DNA of 64,000 bases from the human T2T-CHM13v2.0 reference genome, Homo sapiens (GCF_009914755.1 NC_060926.1); one strand, 5' to 3'. Shown: positions 13,170 through 26,744, counted from the first letter of the stretch. Numbers and translations: made by a program. The notes: generated from the letters alone by a model not told the origin.

Positions 13170-13585
13170 TAAAGACTGATGGTGCCAAATAAGTTTATCA
13201 GTAAATTGTGTAAGATGGACTTAATTATTCTTAAAATTATCCATAAAGCTGTTCTCAAAGACATTATCAAGTGCCTAGCTGAAGTCAAGGCATCTGTCTG
13301 TTACACTTTCTTGTGTCACCAGATGAGTAATCCAGTCATAAATAAAATGAGACTTTCTTTCCTTAATCTTAGTGAATATCTCATTCTAGTGAAATATTCT
13401 CACTAGATATTGCACCCCACCCCAATATCTCATTCTAGTGTTCTTTGATTTTGCCTCTAGGTTCTCACAAATAACTCGGAATGTTTCCCAAGTCTGTCAC
13501 CAAGTTCACCGGTCTGCAGCTGGCAAAATATTTTACTTATCTTTTGAAGCCAAAAGACTTGGCTTGTTCCAGTTTGGTGATGGCT
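13170..13585 (-). mobile_element. L3/CR1 LINE reverse-transcriptase relic
   Basis: Minus strand reads CRPVNLV (cf. YRPVSLT) and YDWITHLV...LDFS*ALDNV (cf. LDFSKAFDTV). Confidence 0.7.
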
Positions 13586-14438
13586 TTGCTCTGTTTTGCA
13601 TGTTTTATTTCCCCAAATATTGTTGAATAACCTTCAGGTAAAATACCCATGGTAATTTGTGAATGGAAATTTCATTTGGGTTATTTGCCTTTTAATAGAC
13701 ATAAGGGTCTTTTTTTTTCAGAGCCTTGGAATCAATGTTTTTTTGCATATACCAAGACTTAATATCTTCCAAGACATAGTTACACATCTGGAGCAGTGGC
13801 AGTCATTGCTGTTACAATCATAGAATCAGGTTTATAACTCTGCTTCCAAATGTTGTCTTACCCACTGTTTAAATGTTACTGGAGTTTCCTCATATTACCT
13901 GTTGGTGTGTGACATGGGAAATAATAATCTTACCAACCATTTTCTCTATAAATACATTAAGGAAATATGCAGAGCCATAAAATTTTAGTCTTTTCTAGAT
14001 TGAAATTTTTTTGCCTTATTCTCTACTAGGAGAAAGTGGAGTTCAGTAGTAAAGCTGCTGAGAGGCTTTGAAGTACAACAAATATGTTTGTGTTAAATAA
14101 AGACTAATTTACTTAGATGAGTTCTATTGTTTATCTAACAAGAATTTTTTTAAATCTTTATTTCACATAAAGATTTCCTTTGTGTAACTCCACCACCTCT
14201 TTTAAGCCATTTAGAAAGTGTTAATATATGAAACAAAAATGAAATGAAATGATTTCTACACCAGAGGTAAGTCTGAAACCTTCGTCTTGTCAGTTGAATA
14301 TGCTTTAAGAAATTCACTTATGAAATCATTCAGTTGAACTGAAAAGTTTTTTCCCTGTGGTTTTAATCAAATGACTTTTATTTAATAAATATGAAAAGTT
14401 TTATACAATTAAAGACTCAAATAGAAAATTCAGTTTGA

Positions 14439-14562
14439 CTGCATTCCTAATGCTAGATGACGAGTTAGTGGGTGCAGCGCACCAGCATGGCACATGTATA
14501 CATATGTAACTAACCTGCACAGTGTGCACATGCACCCTAAAACTTAAAGTATAATAAAAAAA
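14439..14562 (+). mobile_element. Very short 5'-truncated young L1 (L1PA2-like)
   Basis: cctaatgctagatgacgagttagtgggtgcagcgcaccagcatggc...aaacttaaagtataataaaa; perfect 14-bp TSD aaaattcagtttga (14425-14438, 14563-14576). Confidence 0.93.
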
Positions 14563-14877
14563 AAAATTCAGTTTGAGAGTATATGCCAAGTTAAGAGCTA
14601 TTACAGTGGATTCCAGCATTCCCAGACCAGTAACACTTTGAAAACACTTTCAGAGAAGTTGATGCAGATTACCAACATTTTGTTTCACTAAGCAAGCAAA
14701 ATTAAATAAAATCACCAACCAACCAAACAGGCAAAAAACTCTTGTATGAATTCTCAATATTTATTTATAAAAATAAGCATGATTTTGGAATAATTATTTA
14801 AATTAAATGATTTTAGCAACATGAGAAATGTAGTATATTTTTCTGATTTATTTTATAAGATATTTCTTCACAGATGA

Positions 14878-15216
<339 letters not shown>

Positions 15217-16791
15217 TAGCCCGGGTACTTTTATGACTAGGTGGAAATCACTGATTTAAACGGCTGGCACTTTACTCTACAGAAACAGTTCAGATAATGA
15301 AAAAAGCATCTTCATTAGACTCTCTCTACTTTTCCTGATGAATAAATGAGATCACAAGGGGTCCGAAAAGATGAAGTGGGATATATTTGCTTCCACCATG
15401 CTTCACAGAAACAAAAATCTTGAAATGAATATATACAGTTAAAAGGTAGATAAACATTTCCAAAAATATAGAGCATGTTACATACAGCACTACTTTTGGA
15501 AGGTATTCAGTGAAAAGATGACTCTTAGAGTTCTGTAATGCGTAATGATGTGTTAAAGCACTGAGCAACCCTGCTGTGTTCCAGCAAGGAAACCCGATTA
15601 ACTTTGTTTGGACAAATATTGTCCACATTTATTTAACCTCAGGACTCCCTTTGTCATAACTATGAACATGGAAGACATGCAATATTCTCTACTGTTTCCA
15701 GCATCTCTCTAATCCATGCAACACTTGTATGAACTCTTTCATGAAATTAAGCTGTTAGTATAGGCATGGAAACTCTATTTTCGTGAATGGTATAGAGTAA
15801 CTTGAGGGGGATTTGTTCCTTCATGCACTCATTAATTCCTTGTTTGCTGAGCAGCAACTGCATGTTTAATGATATTTTAAACAAGGTAAAGAATGGAATA
15901 ATAAATGAGTAAGAGATATAATATCTGACTTCAAAGATTGAACTTTTTGAAGAGAAATATCTGATATTCAAGATGCAACAAGAAAATATAAGCCTATTAG
16001 ATAAAACTAAAGATACATTATTTAAAATCACTGAAGGATGAGAATAGGGAGATGAATGGGCTGAAGATACACAAATAAAATTTTGAAAAGTTTTCTTTCT
16101 GAGCTAAATATTAAAGAATTATTCATTTTATAAACCTGAAACAGTAAGTTAACCCCTCCTCTCACACTGCTTTATCTGCTCTAGGCTTATCTGAACTAAA
16201 CCCTTCCTTTCTGCTCTAAAGCTACGGATACTATGATTTTATGACAGAATTTCAGGTCAGGAAAAAAAAGGATTTGAAGAAAGACAGAAATTTTCTTTTA
16301 TCAAAACAAGTAGACAGTTGTCCTGTCACTCACATTTAGATCTCTAGAGATTATTCCAGATGAAAAATTCTGTATGGCAGTTGTGAGAAGTGATGTACTT
16401 GACAAATAGCTCCCAGTAAAATTTAAGGGCAGAAAGCGTATGCCTCTAATTCATGCCACACACTGATGCCAAATTAATCTTCCCGTAAGACTATTCTGGG
16501 CACGATAAACCCTGACTCTAAATATTTCCCTCACTTTCTACCGCATACAGAAATGCTATGAAACCTCCAGTGTCTCATCTCAAACTGCCTCAAACTTGTG
16601 TTTCATGAATCCTCTCTTAGTTACCAGTTATTAGATTAGAAAGAAGATAACTTTCCTAAGTGATTATATGCAAAAAAGAAATATCTTAAAAGGATGCAGG
16701 GATATCCTTGAAACACGGCAACAAGTACAGCTGCCTTCATGAAGGCTGAACTGAGGAAGGGACATCATAAAAAAACAAGATATTTCTGTGC

Positions 16792-17165
16792 TTATTTATT
16801 TTTATTAAGATATAATTTTAATACCATAAAAGTCACCATTTCGGTTGGTTCCAAGTCTTTGCTATTGTGAATAGTGCTACAATAAACATATGTGTGCATG
16901 TATCCTTATAGTAGAATGCTTTATAATCCTTTGGGTATATACCCAGTAATGGGACTGCTGGGTCAAATGGTATTTCTGGTTCTAGATCCTTGAGGAACCG
17001 CCACACTGTGTATCCCAGAACTTAAAGTGTAATAGTAAAAAAAAAAAGTCACCATTTCAAGCTATACAATATAGTGGTGTTTAGTATATGCACAAGGTCA
17101 CGCAATAATCATCACCATCTAATTTTAGAGCATTTTCAGCACTCCAAAAACTCTACCCTCATTAG
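16792..17165 (-). mobile_element. L1MB-type 3' end (host of the twin-primed L1)
   Basis: attaagatataatt...accataaaagtcaccattt / caagctatacaat...catcaccatctaattttagagcatttt. Confidence 0.75.
16843..17043. mobile_element. L1PA (roughly PA5-PA8) insertion with 5' inversion
   Basis: Antisense ORF2 3' piece 16843-17009 joined to the sense terminus gtatcccagaacttaaagt plus A tail; perfect 15-bp TSD aaaagtcaccatttc. Confidence 0.92.
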
Positions 17166-18116
17166 TTTGCATATGGTATATTTTTTTCCATCCTTTCATT
17201 TCTAACTTGTTTTTGTCTTTGAATTTAAAGTATGTCCCTTCAAAATATTCTACAGTATATAGTTAGAGCTTGTCTCTTTCCATTCTGCCAATCTGCATTT
17301 TAATTGAAGCCTTTAATTTATGTTTTAATGTAATTACTGATAAATAGGATTTACATATGCCATTTTACTTTTCATTTTCTATATATATCTTATGTTTTCT
17401 TTGTTCCTCAGTTCCTCCAATACTGCCTCCTTCTGTGTTAAATAGATATTTTCTAGTGAACCATCGTAATGCCTTTACCATTTCTTTTATTGTATATTTC
17501 TGAGTTATGTTCTTAGTGGTTCCTCTGGGGATTACTGTTAATATCTTAACTTATACCATTCTTGTTTGTATGACTATCAGTTTAATTTCAATTACATATA
17601 AAAATGCATTTATTTAGATCTGGTCTTCCATCCCTTACTTACTGTCACAAAATGTATCCTTATACATTATTCTCACCAACTTATTAAGTGAATTAAACTA
17701 ATCTAGATCATTATCATTAACAAATATTTGTTGATCATCCAGCAACAACTTGTATGCCTACATTTGCTTTTAAATCATATTTAAAAATGGACTCACAAAT
17801 AAAAATACATTTTTACTATCTTTAATATTTATCTATATAATAGTCTTTACTAATGCTCTTTATTTCCTCATGAGTATTCAAGTTACAGTCTAATGTTCTT
17901 TCATTTTGGCCTAAAGAACTCCTTTTAATATTTCTTGTACTGCAGTTTGGCTAGCAATAAACTCTTTCCGTTATAGTTTTTAGGGAATTTCTTAATTTCT
18001 TTTTCATTGTTGTAATAGCTTTGCTCAATGCAGAATTCTTTTTTGGCAGGATTTTGTTTGTTTCCTTTCAGTACAGCTAATAAAGCAACTACTGCCTTTT
18101 GGCCTCCTGGTTTCTG
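17166..18116 (-). mobile_element. Old L1M ORF1 end / inter-ORF / ORF2 start
   Basis: ttttttccatcctttcatttctaac...ctttgaatttaaag...cattctgccaatctg...; taaagaactccttttaatatttcttgta; ctgccttttggcctcc. Confidence 0.8.
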
Positions 18117-18839
18117 CCATTTTCACTGACATCTTAGCAGAATCAAGATACTTACACCTTCTATTTTTGTTTCTCTCTCTTGTGGTCTCTTTCCCTTTCT
18201 CATTTTTTTCCTAACACTTATCACATTATTTTAGACCCAAAGTAAAACTTAGAATTCCTAAATTTGTACATACTCCTACAAAAAATGTGCATTTAAAGCA
18301 ATGTAAGCCCCATAGAATTCTCAAAATCTTTGTTAGCCACAGTGAGAATTTTTCATGTCTACTGACAACTTCATATTCCAAGGTAACCAAATCCCTAGAA
18401 TCTGGCTGGGTCCTCTCTCTTCTCTTCTATTTCTTCTCCTTATAGACTTCATGCTCAATTACCCCCCACTGTCTTCTAATTATTCTGAGAAAATGTGATC
18501 AAATATTCAATTCTCCAGCTTTTATCCAAAAATTCAGCCCCAGCCTTCCTGTTACATATCCAAACCTATAAAAATATGTATAGAAATAAAATGGCTTTTA
18601 TTTAATATGATCTAATCTCCTTTGGAGGCAATTATCAAGTTCATATTGGTTACCTCTTCCTTTAGCTGTTCATATTCATATTTCTGTACAAAAATTTTCA
18701 TTGTTCTTCCACCTTACATATAGCACATTTTGACTTCACTACAGAGTGCAATTCACTTGGTAGGTCACTTAACTTGTTTCCCCAACTACACCATACACTT
18801 CTTCTGAGCAAGAAAAAGGTAGTCAACAGTTGCTGAATT

Positions 18840-19156
18840 ATCAACCAATAATTGTTAATGCTAATGACCTAGATTATGTTTAATTCATAATAAATAAATA
18901 AATAATAATTTGTAATTAGCAATTCATAATTAATAATTTATAATAAACCATTGTTATTTAATATTATATTAATATTTTATATTTATATTTATATGTTTAA
19001 TATTAATATTTAATGATAACATTAATTATCATTAAATAATATTAGTAAAAATTAATAATATATGATATTATATAATATAATATTTCATAATAATTATAAT
19101 TAATAATTAATACATTATAGATTAATTAATAAATAATAATTCATAATTAATAAAAA
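18840..19156. repeat. AT-rich low-complexity tract
   Basis: About 300 bp of almost only A/T, (AAT/ATT/TA)-like. Confidence 0.9.
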
Positions 19157-19376
19157 GTAAGTGCACATCAGGATTTACTGTTGGGGTTGAATGGTGCAAG
19201 AAGCCACTCTATCATGTCAGCAGTATTTACAAAAGAAGTAAATAAGACAATAGGGTATTTGTTAAATATTTAATTAGCTTGATGCAAAGTGTCCCAGCCA
19301 TTGAACAATGTTCTAGTTCCTAGTGATCTTCTTTATTCACCTAGAAATGCTAGGTATAACTTTGCCTTTCCTAAGC

Positions 19377-21722
19377 TGCTATAGTTTGAATGTCTTTGCC
19401 AAAACTCATGTTGAAATTTAATTGCCAGTGTAACAGTATTAAGAAATGGGATTTTTAAGAGGTGATTAGGTCATGAGGGCAGTGGATTAATGCCACTATC
19501 ATAGGAACGGTTTAGTTAGCATGGGAGTTGGGCCACCGTTTTCTGTTTGTCTCACATGTGTAGTGTACTCCCTTGCCATGTGATTCTCTCTGCAATGGGA
19601 TGACCCTTGTCAGATGCCAGTGCCATACTCTTGGACTTGTCAGCATCCAGAATCATGAGCCAAATTTTCTTAATAAATTCCTTAGTCTGTGGCATTTTTC
19701 ATAAATTACCCAGTATGTTGTAGCAGCAGAAGAATGGACTAAGATTGCCATCAAGAGTGGAGTTGTTGGTATAACAAATACTTGAGAATATGGGAAAGCG
19801 ACTTTGGAACTGGGTAATGGGTAGAGGCTGGAAGAATTTGAAGGAGAAGGCTGGAAAAAGCCTAGATAACCATGAACAAAGCATTAAGAGTGATTCTGGT
19901 GAGGGCTCAAAAGAAGAGAAGAGCTATAGGGAAAGTCTGAATCATCTCATAGATTATTTAAACTGTACTGAAAACTGGAGTAAAGGTCATCCTTGTTACA
20001 AGGTAGCAAAGACCTTGGTTGAATTGTGCCTGAATCCTAAGACTTCACTAAAGGCAGAACTTAAGTGATTAGCTAAGGTATCTGGGGGAAGAAATATCTA
20101 AGCAGCAAAGCATTCAGTTGTTGCATGGTTACTTTTAACTGCCTATGGTGAGATATGAGAGGAAAGAAATATCTTAAAGATAAATTTATCATTAAAAAAG
20201 AAACAGAATGGAAGGATTCGGAAAATGTGCACCCTATCCGTCTAAGGAGTGAAAAAACATATTCCGAAAAGAATACTAAGGGTATGTACAACAGGCAGTT
20301 TGCTAAAGAGATTAATGTGGCTAGAAGAAATCCAGGTGCCATTCATTACGACAATGGGAGAAAGACTCTAAAGGCATTTGAGAGACCTCTGAGGCTGTCC
20401 CTACCTTCACAGGCCCAGAGCTCTAGGCAAGGACAATCATTTTAGGAAACGAGCCCAGGTTGCTCTCCACAGTCTCATCGCTCAGGACGGTCTTGGGACT
20501 CTGCCGTGTGCATTCTGATGTAGCATTCGTCAGCCACCCCAGCCATTGCTCAAGCAGCCCCAGATATAGCTTGACCCACCACTCCAGTAAGTACAAGCAG
20601 TAAGCGTTGCAGCATCCACAGTGTTAATTCTGCAGGTGTGAAGAATGCAAGCATTCTGGTGGCATGGCTTCCTCTACCTAGATTTTAAAGGATGAACCTG
20701 TTACAACAGAGTGTCCCAACTAAGGCAAAGCCTTATAGAGCTGTGGGAAAGGGGCCACCTCAAAGACTCCAGAACTATAGAGTCACCAGCATCCAACACC
20801 AGCCTGGGAGAGCTGCAAGGACTGAGCCCAGCAAAGCCATGAAGCAGGGTTACCTAAGCACCTGGGGGCCCAATCCCATCCCAGTATATCTATGAAGTGG
20901 GATATGGAGTCAAGAGAGACTATTCTCCAGCTTAAATACTTAATGTTTCCCTGTTGGGTTTTAGAATTACTTGAGACCACTTCCCCCCGCCCCCACTTTT
21001 TTTTGGCCTGTTTCTCATTTTTGCAGTGAGAACATCTATCCTATTCCTGTCCCACTATTGTATTCTAGAAGTCAATAACTTGTTTGATTTCACTGGCTTA
21101 CAACTGAAGGAAATTTGCCTCTAAATAAATTGTGCTTTGACTCCCACATTAAGTCTTTCTCCCGTTGTCATAATGAATAGCACCTGGATTTCCTCTATCC
21201 ATATTAATCTCTTTAGCAAACTGTCTGTTGGACATACTCTTAGACTCTAGTCCACTCTAGACTTCAGACTTTTGAGTTGATGCTGGAATGAGTTAAGATT
21301 TTGGGAGTTATTGGAATGGAATTAATATATTTTGTTCTGTGAGGACATGTGTTTTGTTGGGACAATGGCTGCATTCTGTGGTTTGAATGTCCCCACCAAA
21401 ACTTACATTGAAATTTAATGCCAATGTAATGGTATTAAGAGGTGGGACCTTTAAGATGTGATTAGATTATGGAGGCTATGCCCTCATAAACGGACCGATA
21501 CCATTATCATGATCATAGATTAGTTATAGCAGGAGTTTGGCCCCCTTTTTCTCCCTTTTCCATGTGCATGCTTTCTTATCTCTCTGTAAAATGACCCTTG
21601 CTAGACACCAGTGCCATATTCTTTGACTTCCCAGTTCTGACAACAATGAGCTAGCTAAGTCTTTCTTCATAAATTACCCAGTCTCTGGTATTCTCTTATA
21701 GCAGCATAAAAAGGACTAAGAC
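19377..21722 (+). mobile_element. Two-LTR MaLR provirus (MSTC/D-like LTRs ~19377-19744 and ~21374-21722, with MST-int)
   Basis: Both LTRs start with tg/tt-ctrtrgtttgaatgt and end ggactaaga; internal sequence gactttggaactgggtaatgggtagaggctggaag, ggagtaaaggtcatccttgtta, gacttttgagttgatgctggaatgagttaaga. Confidence 0.9.
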
Positions 21723-22559
21723 TTGCTAAGAAACAAGATATTTCATTATTTTAGCTGTTTGTTCCCCTATAGTACTTATAGCAATTTTAGCCCTATAGAC
21801 CACATGCAGACTAAATTTCCTGTCCTTTTACTTAGGTTTAATGAGTTTTTCACCCACAAAAAGGAAAGAAAAAGTTTTCAAGATACAAAAAAATCTCTCA
21901 TGCAGCTGATTTGTATTCAAAAGTGAATCCTCCAAAATCCATTATACTGACTTTTAATCAAAGGCAGATATGATGAAACTTTTTGCTACAGGGGACATTT
22001 CTTTCTAAATAGACTATCCTACCATAGCGATAAGGTCTTGCAGAGGGATACCATTTTACACACTAAGTCTTGTTACATAAATAATTAATGCACTTATTCT
22101 AGATCAAACCATCCAGGTAGGCAGAGCAGCCTTTATACTCTGTTTTTTATTTAATGAATACATTGAAATACAGGATAGTTCTATTTGCCTTGGTAACACA
22201 GTAATTATTAGAAATAAATTCCTCTGATAATGGGAATAAGGGTGATTTTCACAAGGTCCACAGTGACTATGGAGCAAGGGTAGGGACTTGCCATAAGTAA
22301 GCCAGGACACAAAGTTTAGCTAACTCTCAAAAAAAGTACTTGTTTTAAACCATGAATAATAATCTCTAAATAAGAGAATCTCTAAATAAGAGCCATTTCT
22401 GCCACTCAAAAATGTTAATGATAACGTGACAATGCAAAAATAATGATGGTGATGGGAAGACAGAGTTAATCTGGAGTTAATCTTGATCTGGAATACAGAG
22501 TTCATTTGATAAGATTGCAACGCAAAGTTCTTGAAGTTCTTGAAGTTCATTGAGCTGTC

Positions 22560-23140
22560 CAGGCCAGAGGTGAACCACAGTTACAAGACAGAAGGATGCT
22601 ACCCTCTAGGGCTCAGGAGAGTGTGGTTGGTGAGCAGGTATGCAGACTGAGTCCTACTTGTTCTCAGGGTAGCATTTTCATGTGATCTTTGGTGCAGTGT
22701 CCATCTAGCAAGAGCTGCGGAAAACACCCTCTGGGGAACAGGTGGGATGAGGAAAGTGGGAGGTGTGTGAAGGGAGTGGGATTGTTGCTAGAACAAAGAC
22801 TGGACTATACCCATGTTCGTTACCAGTGAGCTGAAGTGATCGATCACCAGACGTAGGCCAGGGTTGCATGGTAACTGAGAGACACCATGCTCTGGGGCAC
22901 CGTTGGGGCAGAGCAGCATGGGATGTGCCCATACACACTCAGTTATGTCTAGGCAGGAGGCACAAGAAAGAGCAATGTCCCAGCAACCCCAAAATAGAAA
23001 GAGCAACTCCCTTCCTCCCCAGTGTCCTTTAGCACTACCTGCGAAGTTTCACATTGTGCTAACTGTAAAGAAAAAATGCTTAGCTGCAGTGCATTATACC
23101 AGAGCAGGTACTAAAGGGTGACTTTCCAGCTGAGAAGCTG
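22560..23140 (-). mobile_element. Probable old ERVL-class LTR (LTR33-like)
   Basis: Right end cacattgtgctaactgtaaag...agagcagg...aagggtga...agctgaga resembles the antisense LTR33-group 5' end; left boundary uncertain. Confidence 0.45.
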
Positions 23141-23147
23141 GAAACTA

Positions 23148-23267
23148 GCTTCAGCCTCCCATGTAGCTGTGACTACAGGTGTGCGCCACTATTCCCAGCT
23201 AATTTTCTTATTTTTATTTTTTTGTACAAACAAGATCTTACTATGGTGCCTATGATGGTCTCAAAAT
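23148..23267 (-). mobile_element. AluJ internal fragment
   Basis: tcagcctcccatgtagctgtgactacaggtgtgcgccac...ctaatttt...tggtctcaaa. Confidence 0.8.
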
Positions 23268-23294
23268 CTAATTAACTGACACAATAGGAATGAT

Positions 23295-23420
23295 CTTTTT
23301 TCTATTTTAAAGATGAGAAGCAAATTCAGAGGAAGTAAGTAACTTGTTCAGATCGTGTGCCTAGTAGGTGGAGGAGCTTACAGACTCATCCAGATGTTTC
23401 TATCCAAAAGCACTGTTTGG
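23295..23420 (-). mobile_element. MIR
   Basis: attttaaagatgagaagcaaattcagaggaagtaagtaacttgttcagatc (MIR core). Confidence 0.75.
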
Positions 23421-24229
23421 ATGTCTAATATGATAGATGCATTCTGTAATATGGGCTTCTTGTTGTCCAGCAAAATCTCTTCTCACATTTTTCCAGGTAG
23501 CAACTATATTTCTCAGCACCACCACCCTTGCTGCAAAATATAGGCATATGCTCAAATTATCTGCACTAGAAAGTGAGAAGAAATGATGTGAACCATGATT
23601 TTTTTTTTCTCCTGCAACCAGCAACACAACTAGAATAACAACGACCTAAGTATCCTTGGAAGCAAATATGTTGAGGATTGCTGAACCCAGCTTCAGTCTG
23701 ATTTCCAGTATCACTCTGAATGTGGAGCAAAGCTGCCCATGAGGAACAAATATACTCCTGTTCTTTAAGCCAGTTTTTAAAAGTTTATCCTAATATATTC
23801 ATAGATAATTATGTATATCAAATATCAAAGTATATTGAAAGTTGTTACCAATTTTATTTCCTGAAGCGTATGTAATGCTCACTAAATATTTGTGGAATGA
23901 GAAATCAAAGAGTACTTGCCTTAATTTTAATTAAAGCTGATAAAGCCTTAAGGACATTCCTACTGTGTGTGAAATAGTATTTGTGACAATCATCACTTGT
24001 TCATCTTGGATTTTGCTTTGAATTACCTTTTCTTCTTTTTGATTGCTGAAAATTAAGTGTAATCTCATTATTTATTCCTCTCTCCTTTTAGTTACATTAT
24101 CTTAATACACAAATATTCTCTGAGTAGCTCCGTTGAGTTTGTCTTGCATTGACTTTTAGTTGCTTAGTATATTTCTCTTTAGGGACTGAGACTATATGAT
24201 GTACAGCCATACATAGGTAGACACACTGG

Positions 24230-24440
24230 GAAGCAGCGTGGGATAATGAAAATTATTAGGAATTTAGAGGGCTTAAGGCTTCATTCTCTCACTCTCTATT
24301 TCTGTATTTTGGAGCTGGTTCCCTAATATCTCTGGGTTTCTGTCCCCTACTGGATGAAATCAGGAATATATGTTGTTTCTGAGGCTTATTTAAAGATTAA
24401 GACAATAAATATAAGTAAAAATGCTGCAATTATATTGGTT
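24230..24440 (+). mobile_element. MIR
   Basis: gcagcgtgggataatg...ctctgggtttctgtcccctactggatgaaatcagg...aagattaagacaataaatat. Confidence 0.55.
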
Positions 24441-25134
24441 CTTATGATTGTTATGGCATAGCAAGTGCTCACTCAGTGTTTGATAAAATGAATTGGAATG
24501 AATGGAAGCCATCTATTGAGCTTGATAGTCATTGTGCCTATGAAATTTCCCAAGAAGCTGCTATAACTTTTAGATCTATGCATTGAGATCTAGTGCACTG
24601 AGAAATTATTAACTGAATACACTAGAAGCCAGAGATAAAGTCATCTTCTGAATATATCCAACTATTACCAGAGAATGTATTAGACCTTGGAGAAAGAAAA
24701 ACTACGATGAACTGGGGAATAGTAGGAAATGGTGAATATGTAAGTTTAATATTTTAGAAGATACACTGAAGCTAAAGTGAAATTGGTTCAAAATTTAAGA
24801 TGTCAGACACATTCAGCAAGGGACAAGTAGGATTTCATGGCAGGGCTACTCTGACAGAATTTCCACGATGTTTATACAAAGAAAAGACTGGTTAATGGGA
24901 ATATAAATAATAGATGCCTTGAATGTCACCTTTCATGTGTTTCTCCAAGAAGTTTTGATGTCACTTTAACATCCTACTACAGAAAATACGCAAAAATTGT
25001 TTATAATTGTTTAGTACCCTACTCACTCCACTAAAGTATAGCTTAGAACTATGGCACGGGCCTTTCATTGGTTTATTTGGGCAAATTATGCTATGGTTCA
25101 AAAAGCATCATTTCATTGCAAGAAAAAGAGATCA

Positions 25135-25456
25135 GGCTGGGCGCAGTGGCTCATGCCTATAATCCAGGACTTTGGGAGGCTGAGGTAGGAGGATTGTTAT
25201 AGTCCAGAAGTTTGAGACCCGCCTGGGCCACATAGTGAGACCTCATCTATATAAAAATTTTTTAAAAAAAGAAAATTAGCCAGGCATGGTGGCACATGCC
25301 CTTAGTCACAGCTACTTGGGAGGCTGAGGTGGGAGGATCATTTTAGTGTGGGAATTTGAGGTTGCAATGAGCTGTGATTGTGCCACTGCACTCTAGCCTG
25401 GGCTATAGACCAAGACTCCGTCTCCAAATTAAAAAATAGAAGAAAGAAAAGAAAAA
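25135..25456 (+). mobile_element. AluJ
   Basis: Diverged full dimer with J diagnostics (ggaggat, catagtgagacc, gagctgtgattg); degenerate TSD. Confidence 0.93.
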
Positions 25457-26744
25457 AGAAACTCATTTAGGGTAGCCCAAGTAACAGAGGTGTGGTGCCA
25501 GATATTCAGAGCAGTCTTATGAAAATCCACAGAGGGCTGAACAGCCAGGCCTTGTGAAGGTCTGGAACTGAGACACTAGTGACTGATTCCTCATTCATCC
25601 TTCTCTCTTGTTCTAGTGGCCTCTCTGGCCCAGCCTGCCTTTTCTCATCTCTGTTTCTCATTGTGCCTCAGTCCTGTTCTCCTTTTCATCTCATAATCAA
25701 GACTCTGCTGCATATTTATCTTGCACATGGGCCCACAGGAGCACCCTTAGAGCACCAGTATCTGCAGCTTTTCCTCAGTTTCCCTCTGTGTTGCTTACTG
25801 CAAGTTCCTGAGAAACAATCTGTTTTGCCCAAGCCCATTTTTCGAATCTAGCGTACACTGTCACTAATTCAATAAGCCATGTAGAGCAGGGAGAATTAGG
25901 TATTTTATTGCCCACTCAGTAGAAGCTCTTGGTAGGGCTGACTTTCTAAGGCAAGGTTTGGAATGGACTAGCACCAGAAACCTTGCTAGAACAGACATTA
26001 TGATGGAAATGAACTGGGCTGCAGGGTGGGAATGTGTTTCATGCTACTTCTAGAAATGCTACTATTTAGTTACAGAATCTTAGGTAATCCCAGGTTTAGG
26101 TCCCTTTGTTATAAATGAAACTAGTTAGACTACTAGATGACTATTAACATCTGTTTCAGCTCTAATTGACTGGACAATAGGAATAAATTATGTTCATATA
26201 AGTACCAGGACTGAATGTAACCATTTTGTAATGGCTTGGTTTGTCTTATTGACACCAGAGAGTAGAGATGTCCTCTCAATAAGTTTGGCCATAAGTTTAA
26301 CAAACATTGGCATCTTTGTTATAATAGGTTTGTATGGCTGGACTACTTACATACAAGAGCACTCTATTTAGACTTAGAAATATGGTTCAATACTTATTTA
26401 TGATTCCCATTGTTTGTTTGTATAGGAAAATATTTTCTTGTGAAAATCCCACTTCACATTAGCAACACTTTATTCTATTCATACCTATGACTATAGCAGA
26501 AGTAAGGAGCAATGTAGAGAAAAAAAATTCAACTCTTCCAGTTCATATGTAAACATTTGTAAAACATATAAATAACATAATTTATAAGGTAGAGTTAATG
26601 AATGTAAAACTATGTTATGTATAAACATAAAAAACAACTTTATATTACCAACACAAATTCATCCATTCATGCGCATGCACACATGCACAATGCTCTTATA
26701 TAGTCACACAAAAACTGCAATATAAATGAAATAACTCAAATACA

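Noticed and set aside
19790-20445. 92-aa and 96-aa ORFs
   Set aside because: Fragments of the decayed MaLR internal ORF, broken by stops and frameshifts
24640-24970. Possible second CR1/L3 RT relic on the + strand
   Set aside because: Only faint motif resemblance; cannot be supported by eye
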